DNA from: Bugula neritina
Lineage: Eukaryota > Animalia > Bryozoa
Assembly (NCBI GenBank): GCA_964035545.1
Contig: OZ037765.1
Coordinates: 62,001-126,000, forward strand
Direction: 5' to 3'
Length of the DNA: 64,000 nt
Position numbers and translations under genes: made by a program. Below, piece by piece: positions 41,901-56,500 of the stretch (its first letter is position 1; the number at the start of each line of letters is the position of its first letter). The notes beneath the pieces are model-generated. The model saw only the letters and a program-made list of their open reading frames with translations. It was not told the origin of the DNA and did no database searches.

Positions 41901-44900
41901 GCTCAGCCAATCCAACCCGCCATGAAACCTGTGCTGACTCTAGCTCCCCCCGCTTCATTCCACCCCCCAGAGCCACCTTTTCCGACAGCAACCCTCATGG
42001 CAGCAGCCGTCATTCACCGCGACGTCACAACACTGCACAGTCCAACCAGCAATCCGAATGGCATCACTTTAGTAGCCAAGTCAGCAAGGGCTTACGGGCG
42101 TACACCACACCCCCTCATTGCGGCAAATCTAGACCGAGAAAGAGCTCTATTGAACCTCCGCCTTGCTTCAGGTGATTTCTCAGCAAACTTCCTTGTGTTC
42201 AACTGAGAGGATCATGTCACATGACACTGCAACATGTCACATGACACTACAACATGTCACATGATACTGCAACATGTCACAAGACACTGCAACATGTCAC
42301 ATGACACTGCAACATGTCACATGACACTGCAACATGACACTACAACATGTCACATGACACTGCAACATGTCATGTGATATGTTGCATTGTCATGTGACAT
42401 GTTGTAGTGTCATGTGACATGCTGCAATGTCATGTGACATGTTGTAGTGTCATGTGACATGTTGTAGTGGCATTTGACATGTTGTAGTGGCATGTGACAT
42501 GTTGAAGTGTCAAATGACATCACAGTAGGTTGTGTTGGCAGTATACAACATGTGCCCAAGGTTTACTGACAAGCTGACTCACATATAACCTGGTTCTCGT
42601 TCTCATGTACAGGAGGGACAAAAAGTGGCTGCAGCATCCAGATATGACGTACGGACAGATGAAGTATATGAACACAATAGCCCGAACGTATGACATCACA
42701 GATTTGAAAAAACTCAAACAGGCCCAGTATGTGCAGCTGATATACAGAGAGCAGCAGAGAGGTGAGTCCAAGTCTTTAATAGTCTGTTATACTCTTTAAT
42801 AGTATATACTATAACTCTGTTATACTCTTTAATAGTATATACTATAACTCTGTTATACTCTTTAATAGTATACTATAACTCTGTTATACTCTTTAATAGT
42901 ATACTATAACTCTGTTATACTCTTTAATAGTATACTATAACTCTGTTATACTCTTTAATAGTATATACTATAACTCTGTTATACTCTTTAATAGTATATA
43001 CTATAACTCTGTTATACTCTTTAATAATATACTATAACTCTGTTATACTCTTTAATAGTATACTATAACTCTGTTATACTCTTTAATAGTATATACTATA
43101 ACTCTGTTATACTCTTTAATAGTATATACTATAACTCTGTTATACTCTTTAATAGTATATACTATAACTCTGTTATACTCTTTAATAGTATATACTATAA
43201 CTCTGTTATACTCTTTAATAGTATACTATAACTCTGTTATACTCTTTAATAGTATACTATAACTCTGTTATACTCTTTGATAGTATACTATAACTCTGTT
43301 ATACTCTTTGCAGCACTCAGTAAGTATATCTGGTTTATGATTGACCGAAACAAACAGCATGCTGACCCACATTTCACACTTCAGGCTGCCTCATAATTTA
43401 ATCGTTTCTAGCATATTTCTAACATGCTTTCTAGCATATATATAACATGCTTATGTAACATATTTCTAGCATATATATAACATGCTTATATAACATATTT
43501 CTAGCATATATATAACATAACATGCTTATATATAACATATTACTTTTAGCCTATTATTTTTAGCCTCAAAGTTCATATTATTCAGATGGATTGTAGCCCA
43601 ACATATCACTAAATATGCTGCTGTGTAGATTTCTTTACCCCAGAAGAATATAAAAAGTACTTAGCCTACCTGAACAGTGACAGAGTGCGGCAGTTCAACT
43701 CATCCCCCCCTCCCAAACACAGGTCAAAAGGCAGGAAACCTAAATCTGGAAACAGTAGAGACAAGAACAGCCAATCAGAAAACCAGAAAGAGACGTCTGT
43801 AAAGACAAACAGACAGACTGCACCTCGACCTGTAGAGACGAGGAATAAACATGTAAACATATGCGCATAGTATATTATCATATAAACATATAGACATATG
43901 CTTATAGTATATTATCATATAAACATGTAGACATATGCTTATAGTATATTATCATATAAACATATAGACATATGCGCATAGTATATTGTCATATAAACAT
44001 ATAGACATATGCTTATAGTATATTATCATATAAACATATAGACATATGCTTATAGTATATTGTCATATAAACATATAGACATATGCGCATAGTATATTGT
44101 CATATAAACATATAGACATATGCGCATAGTATATTGTCATATAAACATATAGACATATGCTTATAGTATATTATCATATAAACATATAGACATATGCTTA
44201 TAGTATATTATCATATAAACATATAGACATATGCTTATAGTATATTATCATATAAACATATAGACATATGCGCATAGTATATTATCATATAAACATATAG
44301 ACATATGCTTATAGTATATTATCATATAAACATATAGACATATGCGCATAGTATGTTATAATATAAACATATAGACATATGCTTATAGTATATTATCATA
44401 TAAACATATAGACATATGCGCATAGTATGTTATAATATAAACATATAGACATATGCGCATAGTATGTTATAATATAAACATATAGACATATGCGCATAGT
44501 ATGTTATCATATAAACATATAGACATATGCTTATAGTATATTATCATATAAACATATAGACATATGCTTATAGTATATTATCATATAAACATATAGACAT
44601 ATGCGCATAGTATATTGTCATATAAACATATAGACATATGCTTATAGTATATTATCATATAAACATATAGACATATGCTTATAGTATATTATCATATAAA
44701 CATATAGACATATGCGCATAGTATATTGTCATATAAACATATAGACATATGCTTATAGTATATTATCATATAAACATATAAACATATGCTTATAGTATAT
44801 TATCATATAAACATATAAACATATGCTTATAGTATATTATCATATAAACATATAGACATATGCGCATAGTATATTATCATATAAACATATAGACATATGC

Positions 44901-46177
44901 GCATAGTATGTTATAATATAGACATATGCATACAGTATATCACCATATAGACATATGCATATACTACTGTCATATTATATTAGCATAATGCTGTATAATT
45001 TGATGTCAGTAATTCCTAAATATTGCAGATGAATGAAACAGAAGGAGCACAGGCTAGGAGGGAAGCAGAAGGAGCACAGGCTAGGAGGGAAGCAGAAGGA
45101 GACCAGACTAGGAGAGAAGCAGAAGGAGCACAGACTAGGAGAGAAGCAGACGGAGACCAGGAAGGGGACACGACTCAGTACATCATGTACGCTCAGTCAG
45201 AAAATCCTCCCAAAGGCGGACACAGAGCTGGAGAACAGAACGCAGATGAAAACATTTCCACCAGAGCCAGCAGACCAAAAAGTTCCAAGTTGAGAAATAG
45301 AGAAGGCAGTCAACAGAAAGCAGGAAATGGGGGACGGTCACGGAGCCACTCGTCTACTAGTAGCAGTTCTTCTAGTAGCAGTTCATCTGCAAGGTTAGGA
45401 GTTGAGGCTATATACCTAGCTAGTAAATTAGGTTGCTGTTAATAATATAATTATGTCCCTCACAGAGTAGCTCAATCTATTCACTGTTCAAACTGATTCA
45501 TTGCCATGTTAACATGTTTGTTGAACTTTCTGTTATAGTGATGAAGATAAAACTAAGTATTGGAGACAGCCAGCTCCTCCTGTACAAGAGAGAGAACCAG
45601 GTGCGTAACCATAGCAATAGTGCGGCTATAGTTCCACACAGTAGTCATGGTAACTTTGTTGCTAGGCAGCACCTGTTGGCATACTGTGTAGGTTAGCCAA
45701 CAGTAACTGAGCTTAATTTGTTGAAGTTAAATTACTTTTAGATGGAACAGGGTTGATAATGACCACAAACAAAGATTTAGATAAGGATGGCGAGACTTTG
45801 GGCAGGGTTTCTTCAACACAGCAAACAGCAGATGGTGAGGGAGAAATGACATCTGCTGAAACCAGTTCTCCAGTAGAGCTGGAGAAAGAGGGTGAGTTAC
45901 TTACCAGTTACTAGATACTAATACTCAGTTACTAGTATTTAATAACTATTAACTAGGTACAACTAACTAATTACTAGGTACAACTAACTAATTACTAGTA
46001 ACTAATGAAATATTCACCCATTCAGCTCCAGAAGACTCTGCTGAACTGAAAGAAACATATGATATCGAGAGCAGAGATGGTTCCAAGACCAGAGTCTTTG
46101 GGGAGGATGTGCATACTGGAAGGAAATCCTCTAGAGCTGAAGACAACGCAGGTAGTAGAAGAAAGCAACTCCAATAA
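38930..46177 (+). CDS. FAM216-domain-like protein with long low-complexity tail; 11 exons (38930-39045, 39260-39368, 39667-39716, 41488-41543, 41898-42171, 42613-42761, 43629-43852, 45029-45393, 45539-45600, 45742-45891, 46026-46177)
   Basis: GT-AG exons join in frame. Exons 6-7 (WLQHPDMTYGQMKYMNTIARTYDITDLKKLKQAQYVQLIYREQQRDFFTPEE) resemble the FAM216 motif HPDLTxGQxRYxxSIAxIY from memory. Confidence 0.7.
39773..41363 (-). mobile_element. Decayed hAT (Buster/Charlie-like) DNA transposon in intron 3
   Basis: TIRs cagtggttcccaacct / aggttgggaaccgctg; 8-bp TSD acctagaa/acctagag; minus-strand remnant STTYLCEVGFSS (hAT dimerisation domain) at ~40100-40140. Confidence 0.85.
40203..40839. mobile_element. 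Nested foldback/MITE-like element
   Basis: Inverted ends attttaggtaaa / tttacctaaaat with subterminal aggtaaaa..tggcac repeats and mirrored aaacccc/ggggttt tracts. Confidence 0.65.
41600..41888. repeat. 21-bp intronic minisatellite (catgctatacactatacactg)
   Basis: Tandem units running up to the exon-5 acceptor. Confidence 0.88.
42213..42520. repeat. Head-to-head inverted arrays of a 20-bp unit (catgtcacatgacactgcaa)
   Basis: Forward units to ~42370, reverse-complement units after. Confidence 0.88.
42774..43310. repeat. 31-33-bp intronic minisatellite (tctgttatactctttaatagtatatactataac)
   Basis: Tandem units. Confidence 0.92.
43845..44935. repeat. 39-bp intronic minisatellite beginning across the exon-7 donor
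   Basis: The first unit is ataaacat|gtaaacatatgcgcatag; later units are ataaacatatagacatatgc... Confidence 0.9.
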
Positions 46178-46640
46178 TGCCTCATGAATTTTCTGGCGAT
46201 TTCCATTATATAATACCGGGAGATAGGAAAGAGCAGACTCAGTTGTAGAGTAATTAGATATATAGAGGTTGAATTACATGCTTAGTTTACTAGAGTAACA
46301 ATGCAGAGAGGGTCTATGCAACATCTAAGCTTGTAAACAGCTATATATGCTGAAAATTTTTTGGGAGAAAGCAACTTTATATTTTTATATTTATTTTCAT
46401 ACTATATTTTAGAATAAAAAAATACATCATTCATAAAAATGTAAACTTTTTTAAAGCAGAATTACTTGACTTATAAGATGGACACACCTGAACACACCTG
46501 CAAACACCTGAACACGCCTGAACACACCTGCTAACACCTGAACGTGGTGTTAGTAAAGAGTCTGTGTGACATAACTTTGGCATTGAAGCTTTGAATAAAT
46601 TAGATGACTCAGTTATGACTCATCCAGTAGAATCTACGAA

Positions 46641-46897
46641 ATCTACAGTAGAATATATACTTTCTGCAGTAGAATATATACTTTCTACAGTAGAATATAT
46701 ACTTTCTACAGTAAAATATATACTTTCTGCAGTAGAATAATTTATATACTTTCTACAGTAAAATATATACTTTCTACAGTAGAATATATACTTTCTACAG
46801 TAAAATATATACTTTCTACAGTAGAATATATACTTTCTACAGTAAAATATATACTTTCTGCAGTAGAATATATACTTTCTGCAATAGAATATATACA
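46641..46897. repeat. 23-bp intergenic minisatellite (tctacagtagaatatatacttt-type)
   Basis: Tandem units between convergent genes. Confidence 0.88.
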
Positions 46898-47053
46898 TTA
46901 TACACTAGAATAAACACATAGATGTTTATATTTGAGATCAGCTGACAGCCAATAAGGCGAAATGACTCGTTGAATATAATCTGGCCAATCAGAGTGCATA
47001 GACTAGTTAGAACTGCCCAATCAGAAAAGAACTAAAGTCTGAAGTACTGTTTG

Positions 47054-50000
47054 TTAACTTTTCTTGACTTTAGTGTGAGTTTCTCCATTATTGTGAGCGT
47101 TGTTGTTCCTGGGAGAGGTGGAAGTGACACGTTTGTACGCCTCCCACATGCCCCCAAACACCACTGAGCAGGCGAGGTTCTCAAAGGGGACAAACGGGTC
47201 GCCGATGAAGCCCCAGGTGATGCAGAGACGCAGGTAGACACACACAGCCATTGCAGAGGCAAACAGAATGCTGTGGTCTGATTGGATGAGAGAGAATGTC
47301 TCGAGAGAGAAGAGCAGGGAGAGTGCGGCACTCGTCTTGAACACACTGTAAAGAGTTGAGAGAGAGTAGGACTAAGGCTACATGGTGTGTCCCGTATTTT
47401 ATTATGTGTACTATGCACTTAGTCTATTGTTAGCAAGAGTGTTATAATATCCACTTACCTTGAAGGAAAGAGAAACCTACAACAGAAAAATATTTTAGAC
47501 TATATAATATCTCAGACTATATATAATATCTCAAACTATATATAATATCTCAGACTATACAATATCTCAGACTATATATAATATCTCAGACTATATATAA
47601 TATCTCAGACTATATATAATATCTCAGACTATATAATATCTCAGACTATATACAATACCTCAGACTATATAATATCTCAGACTATATAATATCTCAGACT
47701 ATATAATATCTCAGACTATATACAATATCTCAGACTATATATAATATCTCAGACTATATATAATATCTCAGACTATATATAATATCTCAGACTATATATA
47801 ATATCTCAGACTATATAATATCTCAGACTATATATAATACCTCAGACTATATAATATCTCAGACTATATATAATATCTCAGACTATATATAATATCTCAG
47901 ACTATATATAATATCTCAGACTATATATAATATCTCAGACTATATATAATATCTCAGACTATATACAATACCTCAGACTATATAATATCTCAGACTATAT
48001 ATAATATCTCAGACTATATATAATATCTCAGACTATATGATATCTCAGACTATATATAATATCTCAGACTATATATAATATCTCAGACTATATAATATCT
48101 CAGACTATATAATATATCTCAGACTATATATAATATCTCAGACTATATAATATCTCAGACTATATATAATATCTCAGACTATATAATATCTCAGACTATA
48201 TAATATCTCAGACTATATACAATATCTCAGACTATATAATATCTCAGACTATATATAATATCTCAGACTATATAATATCTCAGACTATATATAATATCTC
48301 AGACTATATATAATATCTCAGACTATATATAATATCTCAGACTATATAATATCTCAGACTATATAATATCTCAGACTATATAATATCTCAGACTATATAA
48401 TATCTCAGACTATATATAATATCTCAGACTATATATAATACCTCAGACTATATATAATATCTCAGACTATATAATATCTCAGACTATATACAATATCTCA
48501 GACTATATATAATATCTCAGACTATATACAATATCTCAGACTACATAATATCTCAGACTATATATAATATCTCAGACTATATAATATCTCAGACTATATA
48601 TAATATCTCAGACTATATAATATCTCAGACTATATATAATATCTCAGACTATATAATATCTCAGACTATATATAATATCTCAGACTATATAATATCTCAG
48701 ACTATATAATATCTCAGACTATATATAATATCTCAGACTACATACAATATCTCAGACTATATATAATATCTCAGACTATATAATATCTCAGACTATATAA
48801 TATCTCAGACTATATATAATACCTCAGACTATATATAATATCTCAGACTATATAATATCTCAGACTATATATAATATCTCAGACTATATAATATCTCAGA
48901 CTATATAATATCTCAGACTATATATAATATCTCAGACTATATAATATCTCAGACTATATATAATATCTCAGACTATATATAATATCTCAGACTATATATA
49001 ATATCTCAGACTATATATAATATCTCAGACTATATATAATATCTCAGACTATATATAATATCTCAGACTATATATAATATCTCAGACTATATATAATATC
49101 TCAGACTATATAATATCTCAGACTATATATAATATCTCAGACTATATATAATATCTCAGACTATATAATATCTCAGACTATATATAATATCTCAGACTAT
49201 ATATAATATCTCAGACTATATATAATATCTCAGACTATATATAATATCTCAGACTATATATAATATCTCAGACTACATATAATATCTCAGACTATATAAT
49301 ATCTCAGACTATATATAATATCTCAGACTATATACAATATCTCAGACTATATAATATCTCAGACTATATAATATCTCAGACTATATATAATATCTCAGAC
49401 TATATAATATCTCAGACTATATATAATATCTCAGACTATATAATATCTCAGACTATATATAATATCTCAGACTATATATAATATCTCAGACTATATAATA
49501 TCTCAGACTATATATAATATCTCAGACTATATATAATATCTCAGACTATATAATATCTCAGACTATATATAATATCTCAGACTATATATAATATCTCAGA
49601 CTATATAATATCTCAGACTATATAATATCTCAGACTATATAATATCTCAGACTATATAATATCTCAGACTATATATAATATCTCAGACTATATATAATAC
49701 CTCAGACTATATATAATATCTCAGACTATATATAATATCTCAGACTATATATAATATCTCAGACTATATATAATATCTCAGACTATATATAATATCTCAG
49801 ACTACATATAATATCTCAGACTATATAATATCTCAAACTATATATAATATCTCAGACTATATATAATATCTCAGACTATATACAATATCTCAGACTACCT
49901 ATATAATATCTCAGACTATATAATATCTCAGACTATATAATATCTCAGACTATATAATATCTCAGACTATATATAATATCTCAGACTATATAATATCTCA

Positions 50001-51842
50001 GACTATATAATATCTCAGACTACATATAATATCTCAGACTACTCACACATTCGGGGCCAGGAAGTGATGCGTGTTGGGTTTCACGTATCCAGCAGAGAGC
50101 TGAGCAAAGAACATCAGCACTTCCCCTGCGGCACCTGAATTCATAGTAATATAATATTATGGCAATGTAGTAATATAGTAACATATCGATATAATAATAT
50201 AGTAATATATCGATATAGTAATATAATATTATGGTAATGTAGTAATATAGTAACATATCGATATAGTAATATAGTAATATATCAATATAGTAATATAATA
50301 TTATGGTAATATAGTAATATATCGATATAATAATATAGTAATATAATATTATGGTAATATAGTAATATATCATAATAGTAATATAATATTATGGTAATAT
50401 AGTAATATATCGATATAATAATATAGTAATATATCGATATATAGTAATATAGCAATATAATATAGTCATATAGTAATATAATATTATAGATTGTATATAC
50501 AGAGTATGACTACCTTTGAGAAAGCCGTTAGTGAAGAGAATGAGGGGCTGGTAGGGGTGGAGAGACTGGGCCTCCCTAACTCCGTTGTGTACATTGTATA
50601 GCCTGTGAACCTCCTTCAGAGCCAGGATGATGGAGAGAACAGGTCTAGTGGTAAGGAGAGAGAAGACACCAGGTACGTAGTTGACTATGTACCACAGCAA
50701 GCTAGCCAGGGCTATTTTCTCAGGATTGACTAACAACACTGCCAAAGGTTTCCCAAAGAGGAGACAACTCAATATTCCTCCAGAAAAGCATATCATTATT
50801 GTAGCCAGCCAGGATGCTAGCGGATGCTTCCTTTCGTACGGAAATGGTGCTAAAATATACATCTTATTATCATGTAATTAAAATGATTACCATCATAGCT
50901 ATGTGGCGGGTACAACTATTACTTATAGTTATACCAATACTGACACTGTCAATATGTATACCTAAACTAATATGGTTAAGTAGTGCATTAGTTATCAAAC
51001 TCTCAGTCTCACTTATTAAGTTTTAGGTAAAATTTTAATTATGTTGATTACGTTTATCACCTAATCAATATGAAAATCATTATCATTATGATATTAAAGT
51101 CATATTATATTATTACTGATTGGATTTGATGCTGAAACCGAGTAAGTAACTAGTAACTAGTAAATGTAATAAGCATAACTAATAACTATAAATGAAAAGC
51201 TATTATTTATTAGTATTACTATTACTAATACTATAAGTATAAGTATAACTATTTAGTATTTAGTAATTACTAATTTAGATAGATATTTGCTCCCGAGTCA
51301 GAGTTGCTACATCAGTACATGAACTTCTGTTAAGACTTGGTGTTACTTCAACTTTAAGTTTAAGTCACCCACAGCAAGACTGATGGTAATATACTAATAG
51401 TAATAGTAATAGTAATATTTAAATTATACTATATTAATATTTAACTCACTAAAACTAAAAGTAAATATAATTACTAAATGGTAACGGAAACTGTAAGAGT
51501 TAGAGACTGAATTTGAAACAACTGCGAGATTAACTTTAAGGGTAACAGTAACACTTGCACTAACACCAACAGTAACACTCTAACAGTAACACTAACAGCA
51601 TCAGGCTCAGCATGAGTCTCAGACTGAAACTAAGAGTAACTGTAAGACTAAGAGTAACTCAAATTGTAAGAGGCAAATTGAAATTGAAAGTTAAAATTGA
51701 AATACTGATACTCACAGAGGTTGTGAAGATCCCTTTTGATATTCACTGCCATAAGTGCATAGTGAACAATTTCAAATGCAGGGGACATTTTTAATTTGGT
51801 TGACGCCATACATATTGCATAGAAATCCATTTTCGATACCAT
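47054..51842 (-). CDS. TMEM38: Trimeric intracellular cation channel (TRIC); exons 51842(or 51830)-51716, 50849-50514, 50134-50047, [47476-47459 optional], 47345-47054
   Basis: MSPAFEIVHYALM, RKHPLASWLATIMICFSGGILSCLLFGKP, LKEVHR, GFLKGAAG and DPFVPFEN match TRIC family motifs; phases are consistent. Confidence 0.92.
47496..50042. repeat. 19-21-bp intronic minisatellite (tctcagactata(ta)taata), ~2.5 kb
   Basis: Tandem units starting just after the donor gtgagt. Confidence 0.95.
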
Positions 51843-53572
51843 ATAATTATATTATTTGCAAGAATAATGACAACACTAATAACTACTACAATAATAAATA
51901 TAATGTCATTGAACGGATGGTCAATTGAAATAATTTTTTATACTTTAAACCGTGCTTTTGGTTAAGCGAGTCAATTATTTTTTTCTATGTTTTTCTTTAG
52001 CTATTTTCTATTGGTGCAATGGCCCCACGTAGAATGTCACTCGTAAACCCTCAACAGCCAACACTGTGATGGAGAATTTGCTATCGCTTGTTGGATAAAT
52101 TTCAATTCACTGAGAATCACACGCGTTCCAATTTTTTATCAATAATAATAATAAATGCTACTCCTTGCTTGCGTTGGATAAAGCCATTATGTCAGATAGT
52201 AGTTGCCTTTTGTTTTGCCACGAGGTAACAACTCCTAAACTGCTTGACATGCAACATAATTGTTTTAACCATTAGGGCTTAGGCATTAGTAATAGTAACA
52301 TACTTTCTGTGTCTAGTCTAGACTATAGCATATTATATTAATACGAAACTTGCTCATGAGCTCTTTCATAATTTATACTGGCTTACTTTCATAACATACA
52401 ATTTGGACATGATATATAATATTACTACATAGTATCTAATATAATAACTACATAATATAATATAATACAATTATAATATAACTATATATACTATATAGTA
52501 GGTTATATATAATATATCTATATAGTATACTATATAGATATAATTTAGGAGCAGAAGCGGAGAAACCTAGATAGCCTAAGTTCTTTAAATTTTCTTATAC
52601 ATTTTGGTTTGAGGCACATGCTGAAATTCTTGCGAGAACATAACTTCTTGTGCTACATTTCTAATTTAGAACACAGGCTTTCTCAATTTCTCCATTACTG
52701 CACCTACTTCATTTCCACAAAGTCTCCATGCAGCACCTAAAGTACAACTTATCATAGTCTGCATAATATAGTATATAGTGTATTGAGTCTAGTTTTATTT
52801 AATTTTAATTAAATAAAATATTTATCAGCTGAACCCCCACTCTTACTATTTATAGTACTTTCAGCTGCACTTCAGCCATTTAATATCTAGATTTAGATAG
52901 CTTTTAGCTGTTCATGTCAACATTGTAGAAAAACACAGCAAAACAGAAAACTTTTGTGAAGTCAATTTACTGTATATTATAAAGACTAAAATTGCTGGAT
53001 CTGCATTGCATACAAGGGTAGGAGACAAATACTATCTGCATTTGGTAACGTTTCACCTGAACTTACTACAGCTTCTGTTGAAAGTGGACTCTAAGCTGAC
53101 CACCACACAATTTATTACCAATTATAATCTGCAGTTATTAGGTCTATTGTCCAGGTATGAGTCTTTTAATCTCACTATATTCACACTGAGTGTGTTTGTT
53201 ACTACACTGGCAGTGACAGTAGAGACAGGTTATACAGGAGTGTATAAATATTCAGATATTCTTAGTTTGTATTGTTTAGTTTAGTATATATTTAGTTTGT
53301 AAAAAGTGGGATTGTAGGAATAAGTATAATTTAAAAATTTGGGCAACCATAAAATAATAAATTATATACTACAGTATAGTGATTGACATGTGTATGATAT
53401 GGTATGGTATGACAACCAAGCAGAGCAAACATTTGTTAACAAAAAATAAATATTAGCCTTGAAAATAAAAAAAATTCAGTGTAATTATTTTCAACTAATC
53501 TAGTCCGAAACTGATAGTAAAAATAAGTCCAACATGAAGCTCTGTACAGACTTGAAGCACACATATGTATTT

Positions 53573-56500
53573 CTAATACCTTGGTACAGCTCTCACGTTA
53601 TAGTCTGTGATATCAAACACTATTTTTAGCTTGTAGTTTCTAGGATCAGGGCTAGGAGGGGGGTTGTGTGGGTCAACCTCAAACTTGAAGTTCTGTACGA
53701 GAGTGCATATGCTGAGGAAGAGTCTGTTCTTTGCCAGATTTTCACCTATACATCCACGTTTACCGAGTCCAAACGTCACCAAACTGGAGAGGAAATAAGA
53801 GAGAGTGTCTCATTAGTTCTAGCATACAGCAGTGCTAACTCTCTCACTAGTTCTAGCACATAGCAGTGCTAACTCTCTCACTAGTTCTAGCACATAGCAG
53901 TGCTAACTCTCTCACTAGTTCTAGCATACAGCAGTGCTAACTCTCTCACTAGTTCTAGCATACAGCAGTGCTAACTCTCTCACTAGTTCTAGCACAGAGC
54001 AGTGCTAACTCTCTCACTAGTTCTAGCATACAGCAGTGCTAACTCTCTCACTAGTTCTAGCATACAGCAGTGCTAACTCTCTCACTAGTTCTAGCATACA
54101 GCAGTGCTAACTCTCTCACTAGTTCTAGTATACAGCAGTGCTAACTCTCTCACTAGTTCTAGCATACAGCAGTGCTAACTATCTCACTAGTTCTAGCACA
54201 GAGCAGTGCTAACTCTCTCACTAGTTCTAGCATACAGCAGTGCTAACTCTCTCACTAGTTCTAGCATACAGCAGTGCTAACTCTCTCACTAGTTCTAGCA
54301 TACAGCAGTGCTAACTCTCTCATTAGTTCTAGCATACAGCAGTGCTAACTCTCTCACTAGTTCTAGCATACAGCAGTGCTAACTCTCTCACTAGTTCTAG
54401 CATACAGCAGTGCTAACTCTCTCACTAGTTCTAGCATACAGCAGTGCTAACTCTCTCACTAGTTCTAGTATACAGCAGTGCTAACTCTCTCACTAGTTCT
54501 AGCATACAGCAGTGCTAACTATCTCACTAGTTCTAGCACAGAGCAGTGCTAACTCTCTCACTAGTTCTAGCATACAGCAGTGCTAACTCTCTCACTAGTT
54601 CTAGCATACAGCAGTGCTAACTCTCTCACTAGTTCTAGCACAGAGCAGTGCTAACTCTCTCACTAGTTCTAGCACATAGCAGTGCTAACTCTCTCATTAG
54701 TTCTAGCACACAGCAGTGCTAACTCTCTCACTAGTTCTAGCATACAGCAGTGCTAACTCTCTCACTAGGTCTAGCATACAGCAGTGCTAACTCTCTCACT
54801 AGTTCTAGCATACAGCAGTGCTAACTCTCTCACTAGTTCTAGCATACAGCAGTGCTAACTCTCTCACTAGTTCTAGCACACAGCAGTGCTAACTCCCTCA
54901 CTAGTTCTAGCATACAGCAGTGCTAACTCTCTCACTAGTTCTAGCATACAGCAGTGCTAACTCTCTCGCTAGTTCTAGCACACAACAGTGCTAACTCTAT
55001 CACTAGTTCTAGCACACAACTCACTTCTTCCTGGTGCAGTGCTGTTGAGGCAGAAGCTGCCCGAGAGAGTCGAGGAATCTCTCTGGTTTGTAACTCATGG
55101 AGTCTGGGTAGACGGCCTCGTTGTGGTGTATGGCCCAGGAGTTGGTGTAGACCTGCAGTGTAAGTATGAGTAATATACCTCTAACAATATAATGTAATCA
55201 TACAGCATTATACACCATCTTGTGGCAGTCAATCAACTGAGAACATTAACATTTCCACCGGTTTTTGACTGGAAATATAGAATTTGACGAAATTCATAAA
55301 CCGTAGCCGCTGCAAGTTTGAAGGTCAAACCTACATTTACATTAACAACTGAATACAAATTACTGTTATTAGGAGTCATTCTTACAGACAGGTACGCACC
55401 CAGGTGCCTTTAGGGATAGAATATCCGCACAGCTGTGTGTCGCTGACTGTCTCACGTGGGATTAGTATCGGCAGCGTGCACTGGTATCTCATCAGCTCAA
55501 ACAGACACGCCTCCACATAGGGCATAGAGGGTCTATCAGAGAGATGAGGGTATCTGTCCCTCCCCACCACCTCGTCCACCTGAGTATGCAGTCTCTGCTG
55601 CAGTTTGGGAGAGTTGACTAGGATGAGCAGGAAACCGTAGAGAGTGGTGGCGGTGGTCTCCACGCCCCCCACGAAGTAGTCTATGAGCAGCCCGCAGACG
55701 TCAGCATCCTCTATGCTGCCCTCTCTCACCTGAGAGATGTAAGTGTCTATGACGCCTCTCTCGTGGCCCTCGATGTAGGTGTCCTGCAGTCAGTGGTGTA
55801 GTGTAGGAATAGATAGTCAGTAGTGTAGTGTAGGAAGAGGTTTGAAATTTGCATAATTATGGAATCAGTCAATATTTGGAGTGTGACATAACGTCATAAG
55901 ACACCCACCTTGTATTTCTGGTAGAGTGGCAGAATGTTCCGGTCAAATATTTCTCTAGCTTTGACACAAAGTGTGTAGTTGGGGTTAAAGTGCTTGGTGA
56001 AGGTCCACACATCTATATCCTCCTTCCCGATAGTTGCTAGTTCTACGGCAATGTCATTGAACTCAAGTATCTGGTCCAAAACCTTGTCTTCACTTGCCAC
56101 CTTCTCTCCAAAAATCTACAAGTGTGACAAACACAAACTGAGTTAATAATAGTTGTAGTAGTACTAGTAGTAGTAGTAATCATAGTAGTACTAGTAGTAG
56201 TAGTACTAGTAGTAGTACTTACAATAGAAATAATAACGTTGAGGAGGCACTTTTTGATGAGGACTTTGGGGTTGAAAGGCTGGCCACCCTGAGCTCTCAT
56301 TATTCTCACCAACTCTGAGAGGTTCTCATTTATTATGTTGTCCAGGTGGGCTAAACTCTCCATCTTCAGGGATCTGATGCCCTGTAGCCTCAGCTGCTTC
56401 TGCTTTTCTGAATACGGCTGCAGAAAACATGCATGAGTCACACCATGACATCATCTCTGTCACAGAACACCAGTCATGTATCACACTAGGCACTTCTCTA

